32,000 nucleotides of DNA, taken from positions 2,700,001 to 2,732,000 of the forward strand of contig NZ_CP066018.1 of NCBI RefSeq assembly GCF_016127575.1, in the 5' to 3' direction. This DNA comes from Cupriavidus necator (lineage in GTDB: Bacteria; Pseudomonadota; Gammaproteobacteria; Burkholderiales; Burkholderiaceae). Positions within the stretch are counted from its first letter, which is position 1, and each line of letters opens with the position of its first letter. The translations under genes were made by a program, and so were the position numbers. A model generated the notes under the pieces. That model saw only the letters and a list, made by a program, of their open reading frames with translations, did not search any database and was not told the origin of the DNA. Positions 6,803 through 17,677 of this stretch are shown piece after piece.

Positions 6803-7939
6803 ATGCCACTTTCCGACTGGACCCACGAAGCCGTCCGCAAGATCGATGCGGATTTCAACCGCTCCGCCGACACCCACCTGATCCCGCTGGACCTGCCGGG
6901 CTACCCGGACATCCGCGTCTATTTCAAGGACGAGTCCAGCCACCCGACCGGCAGCCTCAAGCACCGGCTGGCGCGGTCGCTGTTCCTGTATGCGCTGTGC
7001 AACGGCTGGCTGCACGAGGGCAGCACGGTGGTGGAGGCATCCAGCGGCTCGACCGCGATCTCCGAGGCTTACTTTGCGCGGCTGCTCGGGCTGCCGTTCG
7101 TGGCGGTGATCCCGGCGGGGACCTCGCGCGCCAAGATCGAGGCGATCGAGTTCTACGGCGGGCACTGCCACCTGGTGGGCAGCCCGTCCGGGATCTACGC
7201 CGCCTCGCGCCGCATTGCGCAGGAGACGGGCGGGCATTTCATGGACCAGTTCACCTACGCCGAGCGCGCCACCGACTGGCGCGCCAACAACAATATCGCC
7301 GAGTCGATCTTCAAGCAGATGGCGCACGAAGAGCATGCGGTGCCGGCCTGGCTGGTATCGAGCGGCGGCACCGGCGGCACCATCGCCACGCTGGGGCGCT
7401 ATGTGGCCTATCGGCGCCACAAGACCCGCGTGCTGTGCGCGGACCCGGAGAACTCGGTGTTCTTTGACTACTTCCGCAGCTGCCTGGACGGCAAGCCGCA
7501 GCCGGACCTGTCCCTGGCGGAGGGCTAGCGCATTGAAGGCATCGGCCGGCCGCGCGTGGAGCATTCGTTTATCCCGACCTGTATCGACGCCATGCTTAAG
7601 GTGCCGGACGCGCTCTCGTTCGCGGCCATGCGCTACCTCGCCGGGCGCTTCGGGCGCCGCGTGGGCGGGTCCACCGGCACCAATTTCGTCGGCGTGCTGT
7701 ACCTGGCCCAGCAGATGCGCGCGGCGGGGGAGGGCGGCGCCATCGTCAGCCTGCTGTGCGACAGCGGCGAGCGCTACGGCAACACCTATTACGACGATGC
7801 CTGGTACAGCGCGCAGGGCATTGCCATCGAGGCGGCCGATGCGCTGGTGGCGCGCGCGGTCAATGGCGAGGCCGTGCTGACGCCGCAGGCGGTGGCGGGG
7901 CTGCGGTCGGCCGGCGCCGGCATCCCGGCGGGCGGCTGA
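6803..7939 (+). pseudogene. PLP-dependent cysteine synthase/cystathionine beta-synthase family gene interrupted by one in-frame TAG (7526-7528)
   Basis: The ORFs 6803-7528 ([11 protein letters not shown]...[15 protein letters not shown]...) and 7529-7939 (RIEGIGRPRVEHSFIPTCIDAMLKVPD...GGSTGTN...) are in the same frame (frame 2). Together they are colinear with a single fold-type-II PLP enzyme. The only break is the TAG directly before the conserved IEGIG motif. Confidence 0.8.
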
Positions 7940-8013
7940 AACCCGTGGCCCCGCCTTTCTGTCACAATGCCGGCGGCTGGCGCGCCGGCCATTGATTTCA
8001 AGGTGAATTCCCT

Positions 8014-8766
8014 ATGCGTATCTTCGGCATCAGCATCCATATCATCGTTGCACTGTTCTTTGCGGTGCACGCGGTGCGCACACACCAGAACATGTACTGG
8101 CTGCTGATCCTGTTCCTGTTCCCGGGGCTGGGCAGCGTGGTGTATTTCTTCGCGATCTACCTGCCCGAGCTGCGCCAGTCGCGCGGCGCGCGTGCGGCCA
8201 CGCGTGCCATCACGCAACTGGTCGATCCGAACCGCGCGGTGCGCGAGGCCCGCTCAGACTTTGACCGCGCCCCGACGGTGGCGCACCGCATGCGCCTGGG
8301 CGCCGCGCTGCTGGCGGCCGGGGAGCCGTCGGAAGCCCTGCAGCACTACCAGGCAGCGGCCAGCGGACCGTTTGCGACCGATCCGGCGCTGCTACAAGGA
8401 CTGGCACAGGCGCAGTTCGCCACCGGCGATGCGGCCGGCGCGCTGGCAACGCTGGAAAAGCTGTTCGCCACCAATCCGCAGTCGCGCCAGCAGCCCGATC
8501 CGGCCTTGCTGTATGCGCGCGCGCTGGCGGCCACCGGCGCATCCGGCACGCGCGCCGCGTTCGAGCAGGCGCTGACCAGCGCCAGCGATGCCGCGCCGCG
8601 CTGCCTTTTCGCCGACTGGCTGGCGGCGCAGCCCGACGCCGCCGACCGCGAACGCGCGCAGCAGCTCTATGCCGATATCGTCCACGACGCCCGCCACTGG
8701 CCGCGCCACACCCGCGAACACAACCGCGAATGGCTGCAGCGCGCGCAGGCGGCGCTGGGCAAGTAA
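8014..8766 (+). CDS. Membrane protein with a two-TM PLDc_N-like N-terminus and a TPR-like helical C-terminal domain
   Basis: 250 aa. AAGGTGA lies upstream of the ATG. The N-terminus MRIFGISIHIIVALFFAVHAVRTHQNMYWLLILFLFPGLGSVVYFFAIYLPE forms two TM helices. The remainder is Ala/Leu-rich helical repeats. Function unknown. Confidence 0.78.
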   Translation: MRIFGISIHIIVALFFAVHAVRTHQNMYWLLILFLFPGLGSVVYFFAIYLPELRQSRGARAATRAITQLVDPNRAVREARSDFDRAPTVAHRMRLGAALLAAGEPSEALQHYQAAASGPFATDPALLQGLAQAQFATGDAAGALATLEKLFATNPQSRQQPDPALLYARALAATGASGTRAAFEQALTSASDAAPRCLFADWLAAQPDAADRERAQQLYADIVHDARHWPRHTREHNREWLQRAQAALGK

Positions 8767-8784
8767 TCCGCGTTTCCCCCATCC

Positions 8785-9693
8785 ATGCTGGAACGGGTGC
8801 TGAACGCCTTTCTCGACAACATGACCCTACTGAAACGCAAATCGATTGAAGCCGTGGCCTCGCGCCGTCCGGCACGTGGCACCCGCACCCGTGGCGAGGC
8901 GCCGGCACGCGAAGAAAAACGCATGACGCCGCGCTTTGCGCCGGTGACGTTCTCGGAAATGGAAGGAGTGCGCTACCTGCACTTCGGCACCGAGTGGGTG
9001 CAGGGCGCGATGCGCCTGCGCAAGCCCGATGCGATCGAGCTGGAATACGCGCAGCAGATGATGGCCTGGCTGCTGTTCCTGTCGCCCTCGGTCGAAGAAT
9101 TCCACGTGGTGCAACTGGGCCTGGGCGCAGCGGCGCTGACCAAGTTCTGCCACCGCCAGTTCAGCCGCGCGCGCGTGACCGCGGTGGAGCTGAACCCCGC
9201 GGTGATCATCGCCGGGCGCAGCATGTTCGGCCTGCGCGAGGACGACGCGCGCCTGACCGTGCGCGAGCAGGATGCCTGGGACTACGTGATGGACGGCACC
9301 CACGCCGGCGCCATCGACGTGCTGCAGGTGGACCTGTACGACGCCACCGCGCGCGGCCCGGTGCTGGACACCACCGCGTTCTACCGCGCCTGCCGCCGCA
9401 CGCTGAAGGCACCCGGGGTGATGACCATCAACCTGTTCGGCGACCACGACAGCTTTCCGAAGAATATCGAACGCATCTGCGATGCCTTCGACAACCGCGT
9501 GCTGGTGTTCCCGGAAGTGCATGACGGCAACGTCATTGCGCTGGCATTCAATGGGCCGGAGATCGATGTGTCGTGGGAAGTGATCGAGGCGCGCGCCGAT
9601 GTGGTCGAGAAGACTACCGGCCTGCCTGCGCGCGACTGGGTGCAGAAGCTGCGCGCGGCGAATGCGCGGCAGGAAGAGCGGTTGAAGATCTGA
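8785..9693 (+). CDS. Spermidine-synthase-like protein, paralog of 5610-6479; start uncertain
   Basis: VTFSEMEGVRYLHFGTEWVQGAMRLRKPDAIELEYAQQMMAWLLF...VVQLGLGAAALTKFCHRQFSRARVTAVELNPAVI is homologous to the 5610-6479 product. Alternative in-frame ATG starts are at 8821 and 8923. None has a clear SD. Confidence 0.78.
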   Translation: MLERVLNAFLDNMTLLKRKSIEAVASRRPARGTRTRGEAPAREEKRMTPRFAPVTFSEMEGVRYLHFGTEWVQGAMRLRKPDAIELEYAQQMMAWLLFLSPSVEEFHVVQLGLGAAALTKFCHRQFSRARVTAVELNPAVIIAGRSMFGLREDDARLTVREQDAWDYVMDGTHAGAIDVLQVDLYDATARGPVLDTTAFYRACRRTLKAPGVMTINLFGDHDSFPKNIERICDAFDNRVLVFPEVHDGNVIALAFNGPEIDVSWEVIEARADVVEKTTGLPARDWVQKLRAANARQEERLKI

Positions 9694-9700
9694 GGAACGG

Positions 9701-9727
9701 CCGCTCTCCCGCTGCGCGGGAGAGCGG
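9701..9727. terminator. Hairpin between convergent genes (bidirectional terminator candidate)
   Basis: CCGCTCTCCCGC-tgc-GCGGGAGAGCGG is a perfect 12-bp stem. It lies between the stops at 9693 (+) and 9746 (-). There is no strong U-tract. Confidence 0.45.
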
Positions 9728-9745
9728 CAGCAGGCAGTCCCGCCC

Positions 9746-11377
9746 TCACTCCTTGTGGAAGAACTGCGCCAGCGACCACTCGTCGGTGCGCGCCTCGTAC
9801 TTCAGTCCCTTCTTCATTGCCCACATCGCCAGCTGGCTGTGCGACGGAATGATCGCGTGGTCGGCCAGCGCAAACTTGGCCGCGATGCGGGCATTCTCCT
9901 CACGCGCCTTGTCGCTGCTGACGGTAGTCAGCGATTTCTCGATCAGCTGGTCCAGCTGCTGGTTGCTGTACTTGCCCCAGTTCCAGGTGCCGTAACCGGT
10001 CTTGGGGTTGGGCGTGCCAGTGATCGAGCGCAAGGCCACGTCGGCCGCGGCCGAGCCCCAGCCCAGCATCTGGAAGGCGAACTCGCCCTGGCGTGCGCGC
10101 GTGAAGTAGGCCGCCACCGGCAACGTCTCCACCTTGGTCTGGATGCCGATGCGCGTCAGCATGCTGGCGGTGGCCTGCGCCACTGCGGCGTCGTTCAGGT
10201 AGCGGTTGTTGGTGGCGTGCAGCGTCAGGCCGAAGCCGTCGGGGTAGCCCGCGTCGGCCAGCAGTTTCTTCGCGCCTTCCGGATCATAGGCCTCCGGCTT
10301 GGTGCCCGGATGCCCGAAGATCTGCGGCGACACGATCGACGATGCCGGCACCGCCAGCCCTTCCATGATGCGGCTGATGATGGCGTCGCGGTTCAGCGAC
10401 TTGCTGATTGCGGCGCGCACGCGCGCATCCTTGAACGGGTTCTTGCCCAGCGGCTTGCCGGCCTTGTCGGTGACGAAGGGCGGGTTGTCGCGCGACTGGT
10501 CCATCTGCCAGAAGATGGTGCGCCACGACACCTGCTGCTCGATCTTGAACTTCGGATTCTGCTTCAGCTTCGCGACGTCGGCCGACGGTACGCTCTCGAT
10601 CACGTCGACATCGCCCGCCAGCAGCGCGGACGAACGCGCGCCGTTGTCGGTGATGATGCGGAAGATGGCGCGGTCCCACTCGGGCTTGGGGCCCCAGTAG
10701 TTGGGGTTGCGCTCCATCACGATTTCCTGCCCGCGCGCAAAGCGCACGAACTTGAACGGGCCGGTGCCGATCATCGCCTTGCCCGAGTCGAAGTCCGCCT
10801 GCGTCAGCGTGGCGGCGACCTTCTTCGGCATGATCGGCACGCTGTTCAGGTCGTTGGCCAGGTTGGCGTAATTGGGCACGCTCATGGTCAGGCGCACCGT
10901 CAGCGGGTCGGGCGTGTCGATGCGCGCGATCGGCTTGGTGTAGCTGGTGAACGAGCCGGGGCTGTTGACCAGCTTCTCCGGGCGCTCCAGCGAGGCCTTG
11001 ACATCCTCGCTGGTAAAGGGCGAGCCGTCATGCCACTTCACGTTGGGGCGCAGCTTGATCTCCCAGGTGATGGCGTTGACCGGCTTCCACGACAACGCCA
11101 GGCCGGGGATGTAGCGCGCGTTCTTGTCCATGAACACGAGCGACTCGAACACATGCAGCGCGATGGCGTTGTTGGGGCCCGAGTTGTTCCAGTGCGGGTC
11201 CATCGAGGTCACGTCGGCCGCCAGGCCGATGCGCAGGTCTTCGGCGTGGGCGGCACCCGCCGGCAGCAGCGTGAAGGCGGCACTGCCAAGCACCAGCGCG
11301 GTGGCGGCATGGAGCACGGCGCGACGGGCAGGGCGGCGGGGCGGACGTTGCGGCGGCAGGGCGTGGGTCGGTGTCAT
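9746..11377 (-). CDS. ABC transporter substrate-binding protein, family 5 (peptide/nickel/opine type)
   Basis: 543 aa. GAGGAG lies upstream of the ATG. The N-terminal signal has RRPARRAVLHAATALVLGSAAFTLLPAGAAHA. The body (LRIGLAADVTSMDPHW...GTGPFKFVRFARGQEIVMERNPNYWG...) is typical of DppA/OppA-like SBPs. Confidence 0.9.
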   Translation of the reverse strand: MTPTHALPPQRPPRRPARRAVLHAATALVLGSAAFTLLPAGAAHAEDLRIGLAADVTSMDPHWNNSGPNNAIALHVFESLVFMDKNARYIPGLALSWKPVNAITWEIKLRPNVKWHDGSPFTSEDVKASLERPEKLVNSPGSFTSYTKPIARIDTPDPLTVRLTMSVPNYANLANDLNSVPIMPKKVAATLTQADFDSGKAMIGTGPFKFVRFARGQEIVMERNPNYWGPKPEWDRAIFRIITDNGARSSALLAGDVDVIESVPSADVAKLKQNPKFKIEQQVSWRTIFWQMDQSRDNPPFVTDKAGKPLGKNPFKDARVRAAISKSLNRDAIISRIMEGLAVPASSIVSPQIFGHPGTKPEAYDPEGAKKLLADAGYPDGFGLTLHATNNRYLNDAAVAQATASMLTRIGIQTKVETLPVAAYFTRARQGEFAFQMLGWGSAAADVALRSITGTPNPKTGYGTWNWGKYSNQQLDQLIEKSLTTVSSDKAREENARIAAKFALADHAIIPSHSQLAMWAMKKGLKYEARTDEWSLAQFFHKE

Positions 11378-11523
11378 CTGGCTGGCTCCTCGTACGGGTC
11401 CGCGCGGGCGCGGCCGGGTCCTCAGGCGGGTTTGTCCCGCATTGTGCCGCTAAAGTGGCTTGGTTGCAGCCTTTGGCGCGGGCAGGCAAGCCGATGCGGG
11501 ACGGCGCCGTTAGAATGGCGCCC

Positions 11524-12201
11524 ATGTTTGCCAATTCCCGCACCATTGTCTCGGCCCAGGCCGATGTCCACGAACACCTGGCCGCGCGCGTCGCGCGCCA
11601 CCTGGCCGAGCCGTTCCGCAAGCCCATCGGCGAAGCCAGCCGGCGCGAGCTCGGCGCGGCGCTGCAAAGCTGGCAGCAGGCCGGCGGTGCGCCGCTGATC
11701 CTGGATGCGGGCTGCGGCGTGGGCGAAAGCACGCTGCGGCTGGCCACAGCGTTCCCGGACCACTTCGTGATCGGCATCGACCAGTCCGAGAAGCGCCTGG
11801 CCGCCGGCAAGGACTGGTGGGGCGAGGCGCCGATGCCAGCCAACTTCTGCTGGGCGCGGGCCGACCTGGTCGATGTGTGGCGCCTGCTGCAGGCCGAGGC
11901 CGTGCCGGTGGCGCGCCACTACGTGCTGTACCCGAACCCGTGGCCCAAGATCGGCCACCTGGGGCGGCGCTGGCAGGGGCATGCGGTGTTCCCGGCGCTG
12001 GCCGCCTGCGGCGACTATCTGGAGTGCCGCAGCAACTGGCGCATCTATATCGATGAGTTTGCCCAGGCGCTAGCACTGGTCGGGCGCCCGGCGCGGGTAG
12101 AGGCGTGGGCCCCGGCGCAACCGATGACGCCGTTCGAGCGCAAGTACGGGGCATCGGGCCACGGCTTGTGGCGCTGCGTCAGCGAGCGCCAGCGCGCCTG
12201 A
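11524..12201 (+). CDS. TrmB-family class I SAM-dependent methyltransferase (tRNA m7G46 methyltransferase-like)
   Basis: LILDAGCGVGESTLRLATAFPDHFVIGIDQSEKRL is the SAM motif. VLYPNPWPKIGHLGRRW matches the TrmB FPDPWxKxRHxKRR-type motif. The start is uncertain: in-frame ATGs are at 11494, 11515 and 11524. I chose 11524 (MFANSRTIVS...). Confidence 0.72.
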   Translation: MFANSRTIVSAQADVHEHLAARVARHLAEPFRKPIGEASRRELGAALQSWQQAGGAPLILDAGCGVGESTLRLATAFPDHFVIGIDQSEKRLAAGKDWWGEAPMPANFCWARADLVDVWRLLQAEAVPVARHYVLYPNPWPKIGHLGRRWQGHAVFPALAACGDYLECRSNWRIYIDEFAQALALVGRPARVEAWAPAQPMTPFERKYGASGHGLWRCVSERQRA

Positions 12202-12215
12202 GCGGCTCGCCAATG

Positions 12216-12246
12216 AAAACGGCCCGCGCATGCGGGCCGTCTTTTT
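12216..12246. terminator. Bidirectional intrinsic terminator between convergent genes
   Basis: GAAAACGGCCCGC-gcat-GCGGGCCGTCTTTTT has a 9-bp stem (12219-12227 / 12232-12240). T-runs flank it on both strands. It lies between the stops at 12201 (+) and 12267 (-). Confidence 0.7.
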
Positions 12247-12266
12247 GCCAGGCGCAGCCGGGCGCG

Positions 12267-13469
12267 TCAGTGGAACAGCGGCTGCTGCGTCGGGGCGTCC
12301 TCGGGCAGTTCGGCATGCACGATCTCGCCGTTGCGGTCCGCGTACAGCGGCGTGCCGCAGTCCTCGCAGTATTCCGGATCGAACAGCGCGGCGTGGCGGA
12401 AGATGTCTTCTACGCCGGCGTTGCGCAGTTCCTCGCAGATCTGCTCGAGCGGGTTGCCCTTTTCGTCGGCATCGACCTCGCCGGCTTCGCGGCCGTAGAC
12501 CGGCCACACGATGCCGTAGATCACATCCTTCTCGCCGCGCATGGTGAAGCCCACGCGGTATTCCTCGACCACTTCCTCGCCGAAGGCAGCCACCACGGCG
12601 GCCAGCTGGCCGGCGGAGATGTCGAGCGTGCCGCACAGGTAGTTGACCGCGGCGCGCACGGTCAGCGGGCGGATGCTCTTGTCGGACTCGCGGCAGGACA
12701 GGAAGAATGCGTCGGGCAGCAGCAGCTCGAACTCGCAGCCCGGCAGCAGCAGCGCCACCGACGGCTGCACCTGGGTGCGCCACTGGTCGAGGCAGGTCGA
12801 GCGCTCGGCGTGGTGCTCCTTGGCGTCTTCCTGCCAGCGGAACAGCGCCTGCTCGTGCGGAGCCACCACCACGGCCAGCAGGTAGCGCGGATCGGCCAGG
12901 ATCGGCGCGGTCTCGGGCAGGTCGCGCAAGTCGACCTTGGGTACCGTGCCGGCCAGGGCGGCCGCGGACAGCTTGTGCGTCAGCGCAAAGGTGTCGCTGT
13001 GCGTGCGCGGCAGCTGGTCGATGCTGTATAGGTAGGGCGACAGCGAGACCTTGGTCCCGGTGGCCAGCACATGTGCCTGCAAGTGCACCGCCAACGTTTG
13101 CGCCAGCTCCGGCTTGAGCGAGCCGGAGGGAATGGCGTAGCGCGTGTGCGCCAGGATCGGGGCGGCGATCAGCAGCGCGTCATGGCGCTGGCCGTCGACC
13201 TCAATGGTGGCGGATTCGGCGAGCGTCTCGGCCTGCTCGGCCAGCACGTCGGAGGCGTCTGCATTGTGCTTGAACAGGTGTTCCAGCGCCGCGTCGAGCG
13301 CGGTCTGGCTCCCGTTCTTCAGCAGGCGGCCCAGGCGCTGCGAGAGCCGCCGTTCCCAGTACGCGTCCTCCATGCGGCTGCCCGAAGCGTCGAGGGCGAG
13401 CGCATCGGCCACCAGACGCTCGGCGTCAGGGGAGAGTCGTGGGGAAGCCTTGGGGCGAAAACCTGCCAT
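12267..13469 (-). CDS. Conserved hypothetical protein (I believe DUF2863 family)
   Basis: 400-aa ORF with good G/C-ending codon bias. It starts MAGFRPKASPRLSPDAERLVADALALD and ends ...YCEDCGTPLYADRNGEIVHAELPEDAPTQQPLFH. The family assignment is from memory and not verified. Confidence 0.78.
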   Translation of the reverse strand: MAGFRPKASPRLSPDAERLVADALALDASGSRMEDAYWERRLSQRLGRLLKNGSQTALDAALEHLFKHNADASDVLAEQAETLAESATIEVDGQRHDALLIAAPILAHTRYAIPSGSLKPELAQTLAVHLQAHVLATGTKVSLSPYLYSIDQLPRTHSDTFALTHKLSAAALAGTVPKVDLRDLPETAPILADPRYLLAVVVAPHEQALFRWQEDAKEHHAERSTCLDQWRTQVQPSVALLLPGCEFELLLPDAFFLSCRESDKSIRPLTVRAAVNYLCGTLDISAGQLAAVVAAFGEEVVEEYRVGFTMRGEKDVIYGIVWPVYGREAGEVDADEKGNPLEQICEELRNAGVEDIFRHAALFDPEYCEDCGTPLYADRNGEIVHAELPEDAPTQQPLFH

Positions 13470-13575
13470 AGAAAGAAACCGTCCGTTTATGCGTAAAACG
13501 GTATTCTACTCGTTGCGTTGACACGCAGGCCGCTATATGCGTGCAGCGTGTGCGGACGCGCCCGGGCGTGTGGCT

Positions 13576-13731
13576 TTATTTCTGGGCCGGAGCGGAGGCG
13601 GCAGGGGCCGCGGGCGCGTGGCTTTCGACGCTGTGCGACTCGCCGGACATGGAAACGTCGCTGCCGCCCTTGGTCAGCAGGTAGAGGGCCGCGCCGGCAA
13701 CCACGACGAATGCGATAAGGATCTTAACCAT
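13576..13731 (-). CDS. Small single-pass membrane protein (51 aa)
   Basis: ATG at 13729-13731 is preceded by AGGAGA at ideal spacing. MVKILIAFVVVAGAALYLLTKGGSDVSMSGESHSVESHAPAAPAASAPAQK has one N-terminal TM helix and a Ser/Ala/Pro tail. The longer 169-aa track ORF upstream crosses the acnA terminator. Confidence 0.6.
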   Translation of the reverse strand: MVKILIAFVVVAGAALYLLTKGGSDVSMSGESHSVESHAPAAPAASAPAQK

Positions 13732-13885
13732 GGTGTCTCCTGATTCTGGATGATGCCGGGCGGACCCGGCTTCCGGTCGTGCGACCGCTGTTCTTGTGCA
13801 ACACAGTGTGGCAGCACTGGCTTGCGTGGAACTTACACGCGCCCGGCTTCGTTCGGGGTGATGCAAGGGGCGCAGGACCTCAATG

Positions 13886-13933
13886 AAAAACGCCGCCTGC
13901 CCGGGCCCCGCAACGGGGCCCGGGCAGGCGGCG
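13886..13933 (-). terminator. Intrinsic terminator of acnA
   Basis: On the minus strand, CGCCGCCTGCCCGGGCCCC-gttg-CGGGGCCCGGGCAGGCGGCG is followed by TTTTT. The stem is about 19 bp and begins about 36 nt after the acnA stop. Confidence 0.85.
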
Positions 13934-13969
13934 TCAGCCTTGGCAGGCTGCGGGCGCCTCAGGTGGATC

Positions 13970-16675
<2,706 letters not shown>

Positions 16676-16900
16676 TGCCGTACTCCGATCGAAGGATGAT
16701 GCGATGGCATTTGGCTCGGACCTGAATCGAGACCCCGGTGCGCTGCCGCGGCATTTGACCGCGGTCCGAGGCCGGCAGCGCACTGCAACTGCATACTCTA
16801 ACCGCCGCGCGGCTTTGGCGCCACCCGGCTCGGCAACCCGCCGGCCGCGACGGCGCCGGCCCGACAGCATGCCCACCCGGGATTGGCCGTCCGGCAAGGC

Positions 16901-16944
16901 AAAAAAGGGCGCTGGCGGCCGGAATTCAGCGGCCGCCAGCGCCC
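16901..16944 (-). terminator. Intrinsic terminator after the secreted-protein gene
   Basis: On the minus strand, GGGCGCTGGCGGCCG-ctgaattc-CGGCCGCCAGCGCCC is followed by TTTTTT. It begins about 10 nt after the TAA at 16955-16957. Confidence 0.85.
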
Positions 16945-16954
16945 CGGTACGGAC

Positions 16955-17512
16955 TTACTGCTTGGGTGCTGCGGATTGCTGGGCGCCTTCCGGCACCTGC
17001 GTCGGGCCGCCCGGGGGCGTGACCAGCAGCGGGGTGGTGGCCGGGGCGCGCAGGCCGCCGGCCTGGGTAGGGGCCGCGGCGCCGGCCTGCATGGCGGCGC
17101 TCTGGCAGTCGTCGGCCAGGCGCTGGCCCAGGTTCTTGTTGAACAGCATGGCCTTGCTCGGGATCACCACCAGGTCCAGGCCGGTGCGGGCGTCATAGTA
17201 GCGGTCGGCGCCGGTCACCGTGGCCTGGCGCGGCAGCTTGTAGTCCTTGCCTTGCCAGTGCACGGTCAGGACTTCGTCGCGCAGCATGTCGCCGGCGATA
17301 TACAGGTTGTTGCCCAGTTCACACTGCCATTTTTCGCCGTTCGGGGTGACCGCGGCAGCAGCGCCGGCCGCTGCGGCGGTTCCGGCGGCCGCCTTCTTCT
17401 TGGTCGAAGCCTTCTTGCTGGTGGTCTTCTTGGCGGGTTCCTGCGCCATCACGGCGGTGGCGGTGGTCAGGCTGAATGCGCCGATGCAGGCGGCAAGGAC
17501 AAGATGTTTCAT
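16955..17512 (-). CDS. Secreted/periplasmic protein of unknown function with low-complexity Lys/Ala and Pro-rich flanks
   Basis: 185 aa. Signal peptide MKHLVLAACIGAFSLTTATAVMA, then KKTTSKKASTKKKAAAGTAAAAGAAAA. A ~75-aa core is bracketed by two Cys (WQCELGNNLYIAG...RLADDCQ). The tail is Pro/Ala/Gly-rich. Confidence 0.8.
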   Translation of the reverse strand: MKHLVLAACIGAFSLTTATAVMAQEPAKKTTSKKASTKKKAAAGTAAAAGAAAAVTPNGEKWQCELGNNLYIAGDMLRDEVLTVHWQGKDYKLPRQATVTGADRYYDARTGLDLVVIPSKAMLFNKNLGQRLADDCQSAAMQAGAAAPTQAGGLRAPATTPLLVTPPGGPTQVPEGAQQSAAPKQ

Positions 17513-17677
17513 ATTGTGAGTGCCTTTCGGATACTGAAATCGATTTATGTTTCATTCGCCGCCGTCAAACCGGGCGGCGCCGGGACAATTTCCGCCGCTA
17601 TTCTCTACGATTTGCCCAGAGCGGCGTAGTGCTCTGGTCTTTGGTTACATTATCGACGGGGGCTAGTTGGCCCCGCT

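Noticed and set aside
7526-7528. The in-frame TAG as pyrrolysine or programmed recoding
   Set aside because: No pyl genes or PYLIS-like context are visible. This would be unprecedented for this enzyme family and for betaproteobacteria. A simple nonsense mutation or sequence error is far more likely.
5604-7564. ORFs 5604-6599 (+, 331 aa) and 6614-7564 (-, 316 aa); also 12105-13031 (+, 308 aa) elsewhere
   Set aside because: Antisense to the spermidine-synthase-like, PLP-enzyme and DUF2863-like genes. No domain signatures.
9755-11698. 647-aa ORF on the plus strand
   Set aside because: It is entirely antisense to the well-supported solute-binding protein gene. The product is Arg/Gly/His/Ala/Val-rich with no recognisable domain, which is the typical shadow ORF of high-GC DNA.
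13793-13814. Minus-strand TGCCACACTGTGTTGCAC as a sigma-54 promoter for the small membrane peptide
   Set aside because: The critical GG dinucleotide is GC and the spacing is off by one.
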